NCBI GenBank assembly: GCA_963805835.1
Contig: CAWDVX010000028.1
Span: 1,378-65,377 of the forward strand
Direction of reading: 5' to 3'
DNA from: an uncultured Actinomycetota bacterium
GTDB lineage: Bacteria; Actinomycetota; Actinomycetes; Mycobacteriales; Mycobacteriaceae
Length of the DNA: 64,000 nt
The notes beneath the pieces were generated by a model that saw only the letters and a program-made list of their open reading frames with translations, did not search any database and had not been told where the DNA came from. Below, in pieces: positions 53,172-63,461 of this stretch; position 1 is the stretch's first letter, and every line of letters starts with the position of its first letter. The translations under genes and the position numbers were made by a program.

Positions 53172-53489
53172 CTAGTGGCCGAGGCGGCCGCGACCGAGGC
53201 GCAGCAGCAGCATCGCCAGGTCTTTGCCCTCGGGTCCGAGTTCGCTGTAGCGCTCGATGACCTTCATCTCACGGCTGTGCACCAGGCGGGTACCGCCGGA
53301 TGCCATCCTGGCCTTGCCAATGAGCTTGGAGACCTCGGTGCGGCGTTTCACCGCTGCCAGGATCGCCGCATCCAAGCGGTCGATTTCCTGGCGAAGATCG
53401 TCTATGTCTGGCACCTGTTCGGCTTCGATCGCTTGAATTGTCATCTTCGTTGTCCTCGCATTCTCGTTGTGTGGGGGTTCTGGTCTCAT
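53172..53489 (-). CDS. Intracellular chorismate mutase (AroQ-delta, Rv0948c-like)
   Basis: LRQEIDRLD, RMASGGTRLVHSREMKV, LLRLGRGRLGH. Confidence 0.93.
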   Translation of the reverse strand: MRPEPPHNENARTTKMTIQAIEAEQVPDIDDLRQEIDRLDAAILAAVKRRTEVSKLIGKARMASGGTRLVHSREMKVIERYSELGPEGKDLAMLLLRLGRGRLGH

Positions 53490-53515
53490 CCGGTTTCGGG
53501 CCTCACACACGAGAC

Positions 53516-53548
53516 GAGCCCCGGATCCAGACGCGGACCGCGGGGCTC
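53516..53548 (-). terminator. GC-rich hairpin in the chorismate mutase leader (candidate attenuator)
   Basis: gagccccg...cggggctc stem, 10 nt downstream of the leader ORF stop. No U-tract. Confidence 0.6.
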
Positions 53549-53558
53549 TATGAAGCAG

Positions 53559-53618
53559 CTAGACCACGGGCACCGCTGGCGGATACCCGAAGAAAAATCG
53601 ACCTTGCTGCGTGAGCAT
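53559..53618 (-). CDS. Putative Phe/Tyr-sensing leader peptide MLTQQGRFFFGYPPAVPVV
   Basis: atg ctc acg cag caa ggt cga ttt ttc ttc ggg tat...gtc tag. A -10-like CACACT lies 6 nt upstream of the ATG, as in leaderless mRNAs. Confidence 0.7.
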   Translation of the reverse strand: MLTQQGRFFFGYPPAVPVV

Positions 53619-53657
53619 GTATTGAGTGTGCCATCTAGGGCCACGCCGACGCAAAGG

Positions 53658-53679
53658 TGTCGCTGGGCAGCGGTAAGTT
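53658..53679 (+). promoter_or_regulatory. PafBC-dependent (RecA-NDp) DNA-damage promoter
   Basis: TGTCGC-N10-TAAGTT immediately upstream of uvrD1. Confidence 0.7.
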
Positions 53680-53689
53680 CGGTAATGAA

Positions 53690-55999
53690 ATGGTTCTTCC
53701 TTCCGCGGCCGCAGAGTCCGAACAGTTGCTCGACGGGCTGAACCCCCAGCAGCGCCAGGCGGTGCTGCACGAGGGGTCGCCGTTGCTCATCGTCGCCGGC
53801 GCAGGGTCGGGCAAGACGGCCGTGCTGACCCGACGGATCGCCTACCTGCTCGCCGCCCGCGAGGTCGGTGTCGGGCAGGTGTTGGCGATCACGTTCACCA
53901 ACAAAGCCGCCGCCGAGATGCGCGAGCGGGTGGTCAACCTGGTCGGCCCGCGGGCGCGGTCCATGTGGGTGTCGACGTTCCACTCCACGTGTGTGCGGAT
54001 CCTGCGCAACCAGGCCTCGCTGCTGCCCGGGCTCAATTCGAACTTCTCGATCTACGATGCCGACGACTCGCGGCGGTTGCTGCTGATGATCGGCAAGGAC
54101 ATGGGGCTGGACACCAAGCGCTACTCGCCGCGGTTGCTGGCCAATGGCATCTCCAATCACAAGAACGAGTTGATCGGTCCGGAGCAGGCGGCGGCGGAGG
54201 CATCGGAGGCCGGTGAGGAGCTGCCGCGCATCATCGCCGAGGTCTATGGCGAGTATCAGCGGCGCCTGCGCGCGGCCAACGCGCTGGACTTCGACGACCT
54301 CATCGGCGAGACAGTCGCTGTGCTGCAAGCCTTTCCGCAGATAGCCCAGTACTACAGGCGACGGTTCCGGCACATCCTGGTCGACGAGTACCAGGACACC
54401 AACCACGCGCAGTACGTTCTGGTGCGTGAGCTCGTCGGACGGGAGACCGAGGACGGGGTGGATCCGGCCGAGCTGTGTGTCGTCGGCGACGCCGACCAGT
54501 CCATCTACGCGTTTCGCGGCGCCACCATCCGCAATATCGAGGACTTCGAACGCGACTTCCCCAACGCCACAACGATTCTGCTTGAGCAGAACTATCGCTC
54601 GACGCAAAACATTTTGTCGGCGGCCAACTCGGTGATCTCGCGCAACGCCGGTCGCCGCGAGAAGCGACTGTGGACCGATTCCGGCGAGGGCGAGCTGATC
54701 GTGGGCTACGTCGCCGACAACGAGCACGACGAGGCGCGATTCGTCGCCGGGGAGATCGACGCGCTCGCCGACCGGGGCGATATCAGCTATAACGACGTCG
54801 CGGTGTTCTATCGCACCAACAATTCTTCGCGTGCCCTGGAGGAGGTGTTTATTCGGGCCGGCATTCCGTACAAAGTCGTTGGCGGCGTTCGCTTTTACGA
54901 ACGGCGGGAGATTCGCGACATCGTGGCCTACCTACGTGTTCTGGACAATCCCGGGGACTCGGTCAGCATGCGGCGCATCCTGAACACGCCGCGCCGCGGC
55001 ATCGGCGATCGGGCCGAGGCGTGTGTGGCGGTGTACGCCGAGAACATCGGCGGCAGCTTCAACGACGCGCTGCAGGCGGCCGCCGACGGCAGGGTGCCGA
55101 TGCTGAACACCCGCTCGGAGAAGGCGATCGCGTCTTTCGTCGCCATGCTCGACGAACTGCGTGGACGCCTCGACGGTGAACTCGGCGAGTTGGTCGAGGC
55201 GGTGCTGGACCGCACCGGCTATCGCACTGAACTCGAATCATCAAGCGATCCACAGGATCTCGCGCGGCTCGACAACCTCAACGAATTAGTCAGCGTCGCA
55301 CACGAATTCAGCGCCGACCTGGCCAATGCGGAGGCACTCGACGAACCCGAGGACGAGGACATCCCCGACACCGGGGTGCTCGCCAAGTTCCTGGAGCGAG
55401 TGTCGCTGGTCGCCGACGCCGACGAGCTACCCGAACACGGCGCGGGTGTGGTGACGATGATGACCCTGCACACCGCCAAAGGGCTCGAGTTCCCTGTGGT
55501 CTTCGTGACGGGCTGGGAGGACGGCATGTTCCCGCATATGCGGGCGCTGGGTGATCCGACCGAGCTGTCCGAAGAGCGACGGTTGGCCTACGTCGGCATC
55601 ACCCGTGCCCGTCAGCGGCTCTATGTCAGCCGGGCCAAGGTCCGCTCGTCGTGGGGTCAGCCGATGCTCAATCCGGAATCGCGTTTCCTCAAGGAGATTC
55701 CGCAGCACCTCATCGACTGGCGGCGTTCGGACCCTGGCCCATCAATGCCTGCGCCGGTGAGCGGGGCGGGCCGCTTCGGCACGCCCGAGATGAGACGGCC
55801 GTCGCCGACGCGCTCCGGTGCCGGGAAGCGGCCATTGCTCGTGCTCGAGCCCGGCGATCGGGTCAACCACGACAAATACGGCCTCGGCCGGGTCGAAGAG
55901 GTTTCCGGCGTCGGCGAATCGGCGATGTCCTTGATCGACTTCGGCAGCTCGGGCCGGGTCAAGCTGATGCACAACCACGCCCCGGTATCCAAGCTCTAG
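53690..55999 (+). CDS. uvrD1: ATP-dependent DNA helicase UvrD1/PcrA
   Basis: AGAGSGKT, TFTNKAA, LVDEYQDTN, QNYRS, TLHTAKGLEF, EERRLAYVGITRA. Confidence 0.97.
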   Translation: MVLPSAAAESEQLLDGLNPQQRQAVLHEGSPLLIVAGAGSGKTAVLTRRIAYLLAAREVGVGQVLAITFTNKAAAEMRERVVNLVGPRARSMWVSTFHSTCVRILRNQASLLPGLNSNFSIYDADDSRRLLLMIGKDMGLDTKRYSPRLLANGISNHKNELIGPEQAAAEASEAGEELPRIIAEVYGEYQRRLRAANALDFDDLIGETVAVLQAFPQIAQYYRRRFRHILVDEYQDTNHAQYVLVRELVGRETEDGVDPAELCVVGDADQSIYAFRGATIRNIEDFERDFPNATTILLEQNYRSTQNILSAANSVISRNAGRREKRLWTDSGEGELIVGYVADNEHDEARFVAGEIDALADRGDISYNDVAVFYRTNNSSRALEEVFIRAGIPYKVVGGVRFYERREIRDIVAYLRVLDNPGDSVSMRRILNTPRRGIGDRAEACVAVYAENIGGSFNDALQAAADGRVPMLNTRSEKAIASFVAMLDELRGRLDGELGELVEAVLDRTGYRTELESSSDPQDLARLDNLNELVSVAHEFSADLANAEALDEPEDEDIPDTGVLAKFLERVSLVADADELPEHGAGVVTMMTLHTAKGLEFPVVFVTGWEDGMFPHMRALGDPTELSEERRLAYVGITRARQRLYVSRAKVRSSWGQPMLNPESRFLKEIPQHLIDWRRSDPGPSMPAPVSGAGRFGTPEMRRPSPTRSGAGKRPLLVLEPGDRVNHDKYGLGRVEEVSGVGESAMSLIDFGSSGRVKLMHNHAPVSKL

Positions 56000-56032
56000 T
56001 GCGTCGACCGGTGGATGCGTCAGGATCGTAGG

Positions 56033-56440
56033 ATGACTGCCGTAAAGCTGATTCGCTCGTCAACGCTATCGGATATAGCCGAATATGCCTATGCTGCAAC
56101 CGCTCCGAAGGGTGCGAGATTGATATTCCTGGCCGGGGCGTGTCCGCTCAACCATGACGGATCCACGGCTGCCGTCGGCGACTACGCCGGGCAGGCCGCG
56201 GTGTGCATCGACACGATGAAACGCGCGCTGGCCGATGCCGGTGCGACATTGTCGGACGTCATCAGCACGCGGGTACTCGTCGCGTCCAGCAGCCAGCAGG
56301 ACCTGGTCTCCGCGTGGGAGGTCATAAGGGACGCGTTCGGCGAGCATGACGTTCCGAGCACGTTGCTCGGGGTCACCGTTCTGGGATACCGCGACCAACT
56401 CGTCGAGATCGAGGCCATGGCCGCGGTCATCGACGGTTAG
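56033..56440 (+). CDS. RidA/YjgF-family protein
   Basis: FLAGACP, PSTLLGVTVLGYRDQLVEIEA. Confidence 0.85.
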   Translation: MTAVKLIRSSTLSDIAEYAYAATAPKGARLIFLAGACPLNHDGSTAAVGDYAGQAAVCIDTMKRALADAGATLSDVISTRVLVASSSQQDLVSAWEVIRDAFGEHDVPSTLLGVTVLGYRDQLVEIEAMAAVIDG

Positions 56441-56444
56441 GCCT

Positions 56445-57017
56445 CTAACTGCTACGACCCCACCGGCCCGTAGCGGGCAGCAGCGCCAACGCGATCGCGG
56501 CCAGCGGCAGCGCCGGGATCGCGAACACCACCGGCGGCAGTTTCGCGCCGGCCACGAACAGGCTCGAGAAGATCAGCAGTGCGACGACGGCGCCGACGAT
56601 GATCAGCACGCGGCTCACCCGGCGCCGCAGCAGCAGCCCGATCAGCCCGGCGATGAGGGCCGCTGCGGAGATGGCGGTCAGAAAAGCGATGGCCACACAG
56701 AACAACATGTCCGTTTGCCACCAACCGGTGATGAGGTCGGTGGCGATGACCGCAGTCGCCCAGCCGCTGAGGATGCTGAGGACGGCCGTCGCGATCGCCG
56801 TGCGCGGATTGGGCCATGGCGTCTTCGGCACCACAGCGGCCGGCTTGGCGCGCGGGATATAGCCCGTTGGGGGTTCTGCGCCGCCGGCAGCCTGGAACTC
56901 GCCGGTGGGATGGCGTCGAATGATGGCCGTGTGTTGCTCCGCACCGACGGGGATCTCGCCGGTGGGGTGTCGACGGATTATGCGTGCGGAACCGCGTTCG
57001 TCGTCGTCACTGGCCAC
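56445..57017 (-). CDS. Membrane protein, hypothetical
   Basis: Four hydrophobic helices; N-terminal IIRRHPTGE motif twice. Confidence 0.75.
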   Translation of the reverse strand: MASDDDERGSARIIRRHPTGEIPVGAEQHTAIIRRHPTGEFQAAGGAEPPTGYIPRAKPAAVVPKTPWPNPRTAIATAVLSILSGWATAVIATDLITGWWQTDMLFCVAIAFLTAISAAALIAGLIGLLLRRRVSRVLIIVGAVVALLIFSSLFVAGAKLPPVVFAIPALPLAAIALALLPATGRWGRSS

Positions 57018-58082
57018 TTAGCCAGAGTAGGTGCCGAGCGAGAGTCCGCGTTTTGCCAGCCAGCCGACGGGGTCGACGCGGTCGCTGCCATTGAGCAGCA
57101 CCTCGAAATGCAGATGCGGGCCGGTTGAATTTCCGGTGTTGCCCATCTTGGCGATCTGGTCGCCGGCCCACACCCGCTGCCCGACCGCGACGGTCCATGC
57201 GCTGAGGTGGCCGTAGAGCGTGACCGTGCCGTCGGAGTGGCGCAGCTTTACCCAGTTGCCGTAGCCGCCCGATGGTCCCGCGTCGATGACGACGCCGTCG
57301 GAGGCCGCAAGGACAGGGGTACCGATCGAGTTGGCGATGTCGATGCCGCCGTGCAGGACGCCCCAGCGGTAGCCGAAGCCCGACGTCCACACGCCCTTGG
57401 TGGGCATCACGAACATGGGGCGCTGCAACCGAGCCTCGCGTTCGGCGCGCTCCTGAGCGAAGGCGGAGGCCTTGGTGACCTCCTCGGCGTGCACGGTCGT
57501 ATCAAAGGTCGAGGAGACGGTCACCACCTGCATGCCGTCGGTGGAACCGGTGATCGCACCGCCGCCCATGGCGGTCTGGTCGGCTGCGAGAACGGTCGAC
57601 GGTGCCTCTTCGGGCGAGTTGGCCATGGTGTACGCGCCTGCGGCGGTGGCGCCGACCGCCATCGCGGCGACCATCAACCGGCCTCTGACGGGCACGTCCT
57701 GCTTGCGGTGCGCGCCACTGCGGCCGGTGACGGCGAAGACGTCGGTCGCGGCGACGCCGTCGCTGACGTCGGTGTGGCTGTCCCGGTAAGCGTGCGATGA
57801 ACGGCGTTCGTCGCGCGGATCACGGCGGAATTCCGACGGTACGACCAGTCGCAGCGGTAGCTGCTCGTCGGTGTCGTGCAGGTCGTCGAGCTCGGGAGCG
57901 CGGTTGATCTGCGCCTCGCGGTCGAAGGCACTGTTCTCGCAGAAATCGAGGTCAGCGAGGTCACCGAATTCGTTGAACGGAATGATGTCGGTGACTTCTG
58001 TGGCTTGTTCGGGGGCGCGCCCGAAGGTTTGCCGAGTTGCCGAGACCCTTACCGGCGACCTGGACAAACGGTGCTGAGCCAA
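57018..58082 (-). CDS. M23-family peptidase (Rv0950c-like)
   Basis: HGGID, YGH, STGPHLHFE; single TM helix. Confidence 0.92.
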   Translation of the reverse strand: MAQHRLSRSPVRVSATRQTFGRAPEQATEVTDIIPFNEFGDLADLDFCENSAFDREAQINRAPELDDLHDTDEQLPLRLVVPSEFRRDPRDERRSSHAYRDSHTDVSDGVAATDVFAVTGRSGAHRKQDVPVRGRLMVAAMAVGATAAGAYTMANSPEEAPSTVLAADQTAMGGGAITGSTDGMQVVTVSSTFDTTVHAEEVTKASAFAQERAEREARLQRPMFVMPTKGVWTSGFGYRWGVLHGGIDIANSIGTPVLAASDGVVIDAGPSGGYGNWVKLRHSDGTVTLYGHLSAWTVAVGQRVWAGDQIAKMGNTGNSTGPHLHFEVLLNGSDRVDPVGWLAKRGLSLGTYSG

Positions 58083-58343
58083 CCTGGAAGTCCCTCTGCT
58101 CGTGATCAGTTCGTTATCTGCCTTGGACCACAGGCACGTTAACCAAATCCCAATGTTGGTACAAGCCGAAGGGGTATTCCGCCGTCTAATGTGACGTGTA
58201 TCACTGACGCGGCGCGGTGAGATCCACCACATGACAGGTGGGCGGTTCTGAGGGCGCAACCTCGTGTGGATAAAGTTCCCCCGAGCCCGTCAGGCCCAAA
58301 CCTTCGACCTCACCGCTCGACAGACAGGGATGTTTCAGAGCCC

Positions 58344-59507
58344 ATGGATCTTTTCGAATACCAAGCCAAAGAGCTGTTCGCCAAACATAACGTGCCCACC
58401 ACGCCCGGCCGCGTCACAAACTCCGCCGAGGACGCCAAGGCCATCGCCGAGGAGATCGGCAAGCCCGTCATGGTCAAGGCGCAGGTGAAGGTCGGCGGAC
58501 GCGGTAAGGCCGGCGGCGTGAAGTACGCCGCGACACCTGACGATGCCTTCACGCATGCGCAGAACATCCTCGGCCTCGACATCAAGGGCCACGTCGTCAA
58601 GAAGCTGCTGGTCGCCGAGGCGAGCGATATCGCTGAGGAGTACTACATCTCCTTCCTGCTCGACCGCGCCAACCGCACCTACCTGGCGATGTGTTCGGTC
58701 GAGGGCGGCGTGGAGATCGAAGAGGTCGCGGCGACCAAGCCCGAGCGGCTTGCCAAGGTGCCCGTTGACGCCGTCAAGGGGGTCGACGAGGCGTTTGCGC
58801 GTTCGATCGCCGAACAGGGTCACCTGCCCGCCGAGGTGCTCGATGCGGCCGCGGTGACCATCGCGAAGCTGTGGGAGGTGTTCGTCAAGGAGGACGCGAC
58901 GCTGGTCGAGGTCAATCCGTTGGTGCGCACACCCGACGATCAAATCCTCGCGCTCGACGGCAAGGTCACCCTTGATGCCAACGCCGACTTCCGCCAGCCG
59001 GGTCACGCGGAGTTCGAGGACAAGGACGCGACCGATCCGCTCGAGCTCAAGGCCAAGGCGCACGACCTCAACTACGTCAAGCTCGACGGCGAGGTCGGCA
59101 TCATCGGCAACGGTGCGGGCCTGGTGATGTCGACGCTCGACGTCACCGCGTACGCGGGGGAGAAGCACGGCGGCGTGAAGCCGGCCAACTTCCTCGACAT
59201 CGGCGGCGGCGCGTCGGCCGAGGTGATGGCCGCGGGACTCGACGTCATCCTCAACGACTCTCAGGTCAAGAGCGTGTTCGTCAACGTGTTCGGCGGCATC
59301 ACGTCGTGCGATGCGGTCGCCAACGGGATCGTCAACGCACTCAAGATCCTTGGTGACAACGCGAACAAGCCGCTGGTGGTGCGTCTCGACGGCAACAACG
59401 TCGAAGAAGGCCGGCGCATCCTGGCCGACGCCAACCACCCGCTGGTAATCCAAGCAGACACCATGGACGCCGGCGCCGACAAAGCCGCCGAGCTGGCCAA
59501 TAAGTAA
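58344..59507 (+). CDS. sucC: Succinyl-CoA synthetase beta subunit
   Basis: [34 protein letters not shown]. Confidence 0.98.
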   Translation: MDLFEYQAKELFAKHNVPTTPGRVTNSAEDAKAIAEEIGKPVMVKAQVKVGGRGKAGGVKYAATPDDAFTHAQNILGLDIKGHVVKKLLVAEASDIAEEYYISFLLDRANRTYLAMCSVEGGVEIEEVAATKPERLAKVPVDAVKGVDEAFARSIAEQGHLPAEVLDAAAVTIAKLWEVFVKEDATLVEVNPLVRTPDDQILALDGKVTLDANADFRQPGHAEFEDKDATDPLELKAKAHDLNYVKLDGEVGIIGNGAGLVMSTLDVTAYAGEKHGGVKPANFLDIGGGASAEVMAAGLDVILNDSQVKSVFVNVFGGITSCDAVANGIVNALKILGDNANKPLVVRLDGNNVEEGRRILADANHPLVIQADTMDAGADKAAELANK

Positions 59508-59519
59508 GGGAGCCAACAG

Positions 59520-60431
59520 ATGTCTATCTTTCTGAACAAGGATTCCAAGGTCATCGTTCAGGGCATCACCGGCGGAGAGGGCACCAAGCACACCGCGCTG
59601 ATGCTCAAGGCTGGAACGCAGCTCGTCGGCGGTGTGAACGCCCGCAAGGCGGGGACTGAGGTGTCCCACGTCGACAGCGAGGGCAAAGACGTCCGTTTAC
59701 CGGTGTTCGGCAGCGTCGCCGAGGCGATGAAGGAGACAGGCGCCGACGTATCGGTGGTGTTCGTCCCGCCGAAGTTCGCCAAGGACGCGATCATCGAGGC
59801 CATCGACGCCGAGATCCCGCTGCTGGTTGTCATCACCGAGGGAATTCCGGTGCAGGACAGTGCATATGCGTGGGCCTATAACTGTCCAGACGGGGCGAAG
59901 GGCCAGAAGACGCGGATCATCGGGCCCAACTGCCCCGGGATCATCACGCCGGGGGAGGCGTTGGCAGGTATCACTCCGGCCAACATCACCGGTTCGGGAC
60001 CTGTCGGATTGGTGTCCAAGTCCGGCACGCTGACCTACCAGATGATGTTCGAGCTGAGGGACTTCGGATTCTCGACCGCGATCGGTATCGGCGGTGACCC
60101 GGTCATCGGCACCACACACATCGACGCGATCGAGGCGTTCGAGAAGGACCCCGAGACGAAGATCATCGTGATGATCGGTGAGATCGGCGGCGACGCCGAG
60201 GAGCGCGCCGCCGACTACATCAAGGCCAACGTGAGCAAACCGGTCGTCGGCTATGTCGCGGGCTTCACCGCGCCCGAAGGCAAGACCATGGGCCACGCCG
60301 GCGCCATCGTGTCGGGTTCGTCGGGTACCGCGCAGGCCAAGAAGGAGGCCTTGGAGGCCGCGGGCGTCAAGGTGGGCAAGACACCGTCGGAGACCGCACG
60401 CCTGGCACGGGAGATCCTGCAGAGTCTCTAG
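59520..60431 (+). CDS. sucD: Succinyl-CoA synthetase alpha subunit
   Basis: [26 protein letters not shown]. Confidence 0.98.
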   Translation: MSIFLNKDSKVIVQGITGGEGTKHTALMLKAGTQLVGGVNARKAGTEVSHVDSEGKDVRLPVFGSVAEAMKETGADVSVVFVPPKFAKDAIIEAIDAEIPLLVVITEGIPVQDSAYAWAYNCPDGAKGQKTRIIGPNCPGIITPGEALAGITPANITGSGPVGLVSKSGTLTYQMMFELRDFGFSTAIGIGGDPVIGTTHIDAIEAFEKDPETKIIVMIGEIGGDAEERAADYIKANVSKPVVGYVAGFTAPEGKTMGHAGAIVSGSSGTAQAKKEALEAAGVKVGKTPSETARLAREILQSL

Positions 60432-60543
60432 TCGTCCGGCGAGACCTACCTCCGGTGTGGGCCCGCACAGAACGCAATTCCGCTCGAATCTGTGGTCTGT
60501 GCGCAGTTTCGCGCATGGGAGGCGTGACGTGCGCCGCAAGATT

Positions 60544-60557
60544 TGGAACACGTTCTA
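60544..60557. promoter_or_regulatory. KstR operator
   Basis: TGGAACACGTTCTA, ~45 bp upstream of the thiolase-like gene. Confidence 0.75.
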
Positions 60558-60603
60558 GTAGTCGATTAGCCTGACGAATTAACTCCTCGTCAGGAGGTCT
60601 GTA

Positions 60604-62136
60604 ATGACCGTGGATCCGCGCACACCAGTGCTGGTCGGTGTCGGCCAGTTCACCGAGCGCATCGACGACCCCGCATACCGGGGCATGTCGGCGGTGGAGC
60701 TGGCGACGGCGGCGACGCAGGCCGCTCTGGCGGACACCGGTGTGGACGTCGGCGCCGTGGCCAAGGCCATCGAGGTGTTCGTCGGACTGCGGCAGTTCGA
60801 GATCTGCACACCGTTCGAGAAGCCGCCGCTCGGCTGCTCTGACAACTACCTGCGATCGGTGGCCCAGCGCGTCGGTGCGGATCCGGCCCGTGCGGTGCTG
60901 GAGCCCATCGGCGGCAACGGACCGCAGAAGCTGGTGACTGAATTCGCCGGGGCGATCGCCGCGGGCGATATCGAGGTCGCGCTCATCGTCGGCTCCGAGA
61001 ACGGCTCCACGTTGAGGACTTTCGCACGGCGTGAAGACAAGCCGGACCACAGTGAGACCGTCGGTGGTCAGCTCGAGGACCGCGGGTATGGCTTCGAGCA
61101 GTACATGAGCGAATACACCGCGATGCATGGGCTGACCGGCGCACCCGTTCAGTACGGGCTGTTGGACAACGCGCGACGTGCCCGGCTGGGCATCAATGTC
61201 GACGACTATCGCCGGAAGATGGCCGAATTGTTCTCGCCGTTCTCCAAAGTTGCTGCCAAGAACCCGTTTTCGTCGTCGCCAGTGGAACGTACGGTGGACG
61301 AGCTGATCACCGTCACCGACGACAACCGGATGATCTGCGATCCTTACCCTCGCTTGATGGTCGCCCGCGATCAGGTGAACCAGGGCGCCGCCGCAGTGTT
61401 GATGTCGGTGGCCGTCGCGCGTCGCCTCGGTGTGGCCGAAGACAAGTGGGTCTACGTTCGTGGCCACGCCGACCAGACCGAGCAGGATCTGCTGGATCGC
61501 CTCGACGTCAGTGTCAGCTACTCGGCGAAACAGTCTGTAGCGGAGGCACTTCGGGTTGCCGGTATCGGCATCGACGACGTGACGACCTTCGATCTCTACA
61601 GTTGCTTCCCCTTCCCCGTCTTCACGGTGCTCGATGAGTTCGGGCTGGCACCCGACGACCCGCGTGGCTTCACGCTGACCGGCGGTCTGCCATACTTCGG
61701 CGGACCCGGCAACAGTTATTCCCTGCATGGCATCGCCGAGACCGTCACCGAAATGCGGAACAAGCCAGGCGCATTCGGTCTGGTCGGCGCCAACGGCGGC
61801 GTCATGAGCAAGTATTCGGTCGGGGTTTATTCGACCGAACCCGCCAACTGGGCTGCCGACCGCAGCAAGGAGCTGCAGGACGATATCGCCGCGCTGCCCA
61901 AGGTGGCGGTCACCCGCAACGCCGACGGGCGGGGCACCATCGAGACGTACTCGGTGCGATACGACTGGCCCGTGACGACCGGTGTCATCATCGGGCGCCT
62001 GGACGCCGACGGCAGCCGATTCATGGCCCTGACGGAGCACGAGGACCTGGTGGCGTCGATGACCACCGGTGACCCGATCGGTGCGGCGATATCGGTGACG
62101 TCGGACGGCAAGAAGAACACGGCCTCGCCGGCCTAG
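60604..62136 (+). CDS. Thiolase-like (acetyl-CoA acetyltransferase family) protein
   Basis: RTPVLVGVGQ, VNQGAA, DLYSCFP, TGGLPYFGGPGN. Confidence 0.85.
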   Translation: MTVDPRTPVLVGVGQFTERIDDPAYRGMSAVELATAATQAALADTGVDVGAVAKAIEVFVGLRQFEICTPFEKPPLGCSDNYLRSVAQRVGADPARAVLEPIGGNGPQKLVTEFAGAIAAGDIEVALIVGSENGSTLRTFARREDKPDHSETVGGQLEDRGYGFEQYMSEYTAMHGLTGAPVQYGLLDNARRARLGINVDDYRRKMAELFSPFSKVAAKNPFSSSPVERTVDELITVTDDNRMICDPYPRLMVARDQVNQGAAAVLMSVAVARRLGVAEDKWVYVRGHADQTEQDLLDRLDVSVSYSAKQSVAEALRVAGIGIDDVTTFDLYSCFPFPVFTVLDEFGLAPDDPRGFTLTGGLPYFGGPGNSYSLHGIAETVTEMRNKPGAFGLVGANGGVMSKYSVGVYSTEPANWAADRSKELQDDIAALPKVAVTRNADGRGTIETYSVRYDWPVTTGVIIGRLDADGSRFMALTEHEDLVASMTTGDPIGAAISVTSDGKKNTASPA

Positions 62137-62139
62137 CGG

Positions 62140-62988
62140 CTAGACCAGCGCGGCGAGCTTCCCGGCCAGACGTTCGACGTAGGCCGCCACCTCGGCCCCC
62201 GACTTGTCCGGCAGGCCGAACAGCACTTCGGTCACTCCCAGATCGGCCCAACGGGCCAGCTTGTCGGGGTCGGGTTTGAAGTCCAGCGCGACGATCTGCG
62301 GGGCCCCGTCCCGCCCCGCCGCAGCCCAGGTGTCCTGCAGCAGCTTGACCGGGGCGTCGATGTCGAAGTCACGCGGTGTGGTGATCCAGCCGTCGGCGGA
62401 GCGGGAGATCCACTTGAAGTTCTTCTCCGTACCGGCCGCGCCCACCAGCACCGGGATGTGCGCCTGGATTGGCTTGGGCCAGGCCCAGCTGGGGCCGAAC
62501 TTGACGAACTCGCCGTCGTAGGAGGCTTCCTCCTCGGTCCACAAACTACGCATGGCCTCCAGGTATTCACGCAGCATGGTGCGCCGCCGGCCGGGCGGCA
62601 CATTGTGGTCGGCCAATTCGTCTGTGTTCCAGCCGAATCCGACGCCCAGCGAGACGCGACCGCCGGAGAGATGATCCAGGGTGGCGATCGACTTCGCCAG
62701 CGTGATCGGGTCGTGTTCGACGGGCAGTGCCACCGCGGTGGACAGCCTTACCCGGGATGTGACCGCACACGCGGCACCCAGCGACACCCAGGGGTCCAGC
62801 GTGCGCATGTAGCGATCGTCGGGCAGTGTGTCGTCACCAGTGGTGGGGTGGGCGGCCTCGCGTTTGATCGGGATGTGGGTGTGTTCGGGCACGTAGAACG
62901 TGGTGAAGCCGTGTTCGTCGGCAAGCTTGGCGGCCGATGCCGGGTCGATGCCCCGGTCGCTGGTGAAAAGTACGAGCCCGTAATCCAT
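62140..62988 (-). CDS. F420-dependent LLM oxidoreductase (Rv0953c-like)
   Basis: MDYGLVLFTSDRGI, PEHTHIP, LSGGRVSLGVGFGWN. Confidence 0.9.
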   Translation of the reverse strand: MDYGLVLFTSDRGIDPASAAKLADEHGFTTFYVPEHTHIPIKREAAHPTTGDDTLPDDRYMRTLDPWVSLGAACAVTSRVRLSTAVALPVEHDPITLAKSIATLDHLSGGRVSLGVGFGWNTDELADHNVPPGRRRTMLREYLEAMRSLWTEEEASYDGEFVKFGPSWAWPKPIQAHIPVLVGAAGTEKNFKWISRSADGWITTPRDFDIDAPVKLLQDTWAAAGRDGAPQIVALDFKPDPDKLARWADLGVTEVLFGLPDKSGAEVAAYVERLAGKLAALV

Positions 62989-62997
62989 AGCAAGAAT

Positions 62998-63011
62998 TAG
63001 AACGTGTTCTA
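62998..63011. promoter_or_regulatory. KstR operator
   Basis: TAGAACGTGTTCTA, 9 bp upstream of the ATG. Confidence 0.85.
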
Positions 63012-63108
63012 GTCCGAAGGGCAATGTCGGGGTCGAAAACCGCGAACTTTCCTTCATCGCGATCCATGCCGATGACCACGGGGCGGGCAGACGATGGGAC
63101 GGCTTCCC

Positions 63109-63413
63109 ATGACGACAGAACGCATCGCCGACCATTCAGGTTCGCCTACTGGGAGCCCAATGTCAGCAGCGGCCTGGTCACCAGCGATATCGAACAGCGC
63201 ACAGATTGGAACTACGAGTACGACGCCAAGCTCGCTCAGACCGCGGAACGCGTTGCGGCGTAGCGCAAACGCGGTGTCGACTTGATTCTCGGAGGCTTCC
63301 TGCACTTCCAGGAGGAGGTCGAATACTTCGGCTCGCGCGCGCTGCCGCTGGTTCGCGAAATCGAAGAGTCCGGGCAGGGTTCCGCGGTCGAACCCGCGCT
63401 GGCGTCGCTATGA
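63109..63413 (+). pseudogene. sfnG: Dimethylsulfone monooxygenase remnant with a large internal deletion
   Basis: N-terminus FAYWEPNVSSGLVTSDIEQRTDWNYEY..KLAQTAE joined directly to C-terminus GVDLILGGFLHFQEEVEYFG..LPLVRE, with an in-frame stop. Confidence 0.8.
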
Positions 63414-63461
63414 CCGCGGGTGCGCTAGCGTGGGTTCGAAGCCGTCCAGCACAGGAGAGTC

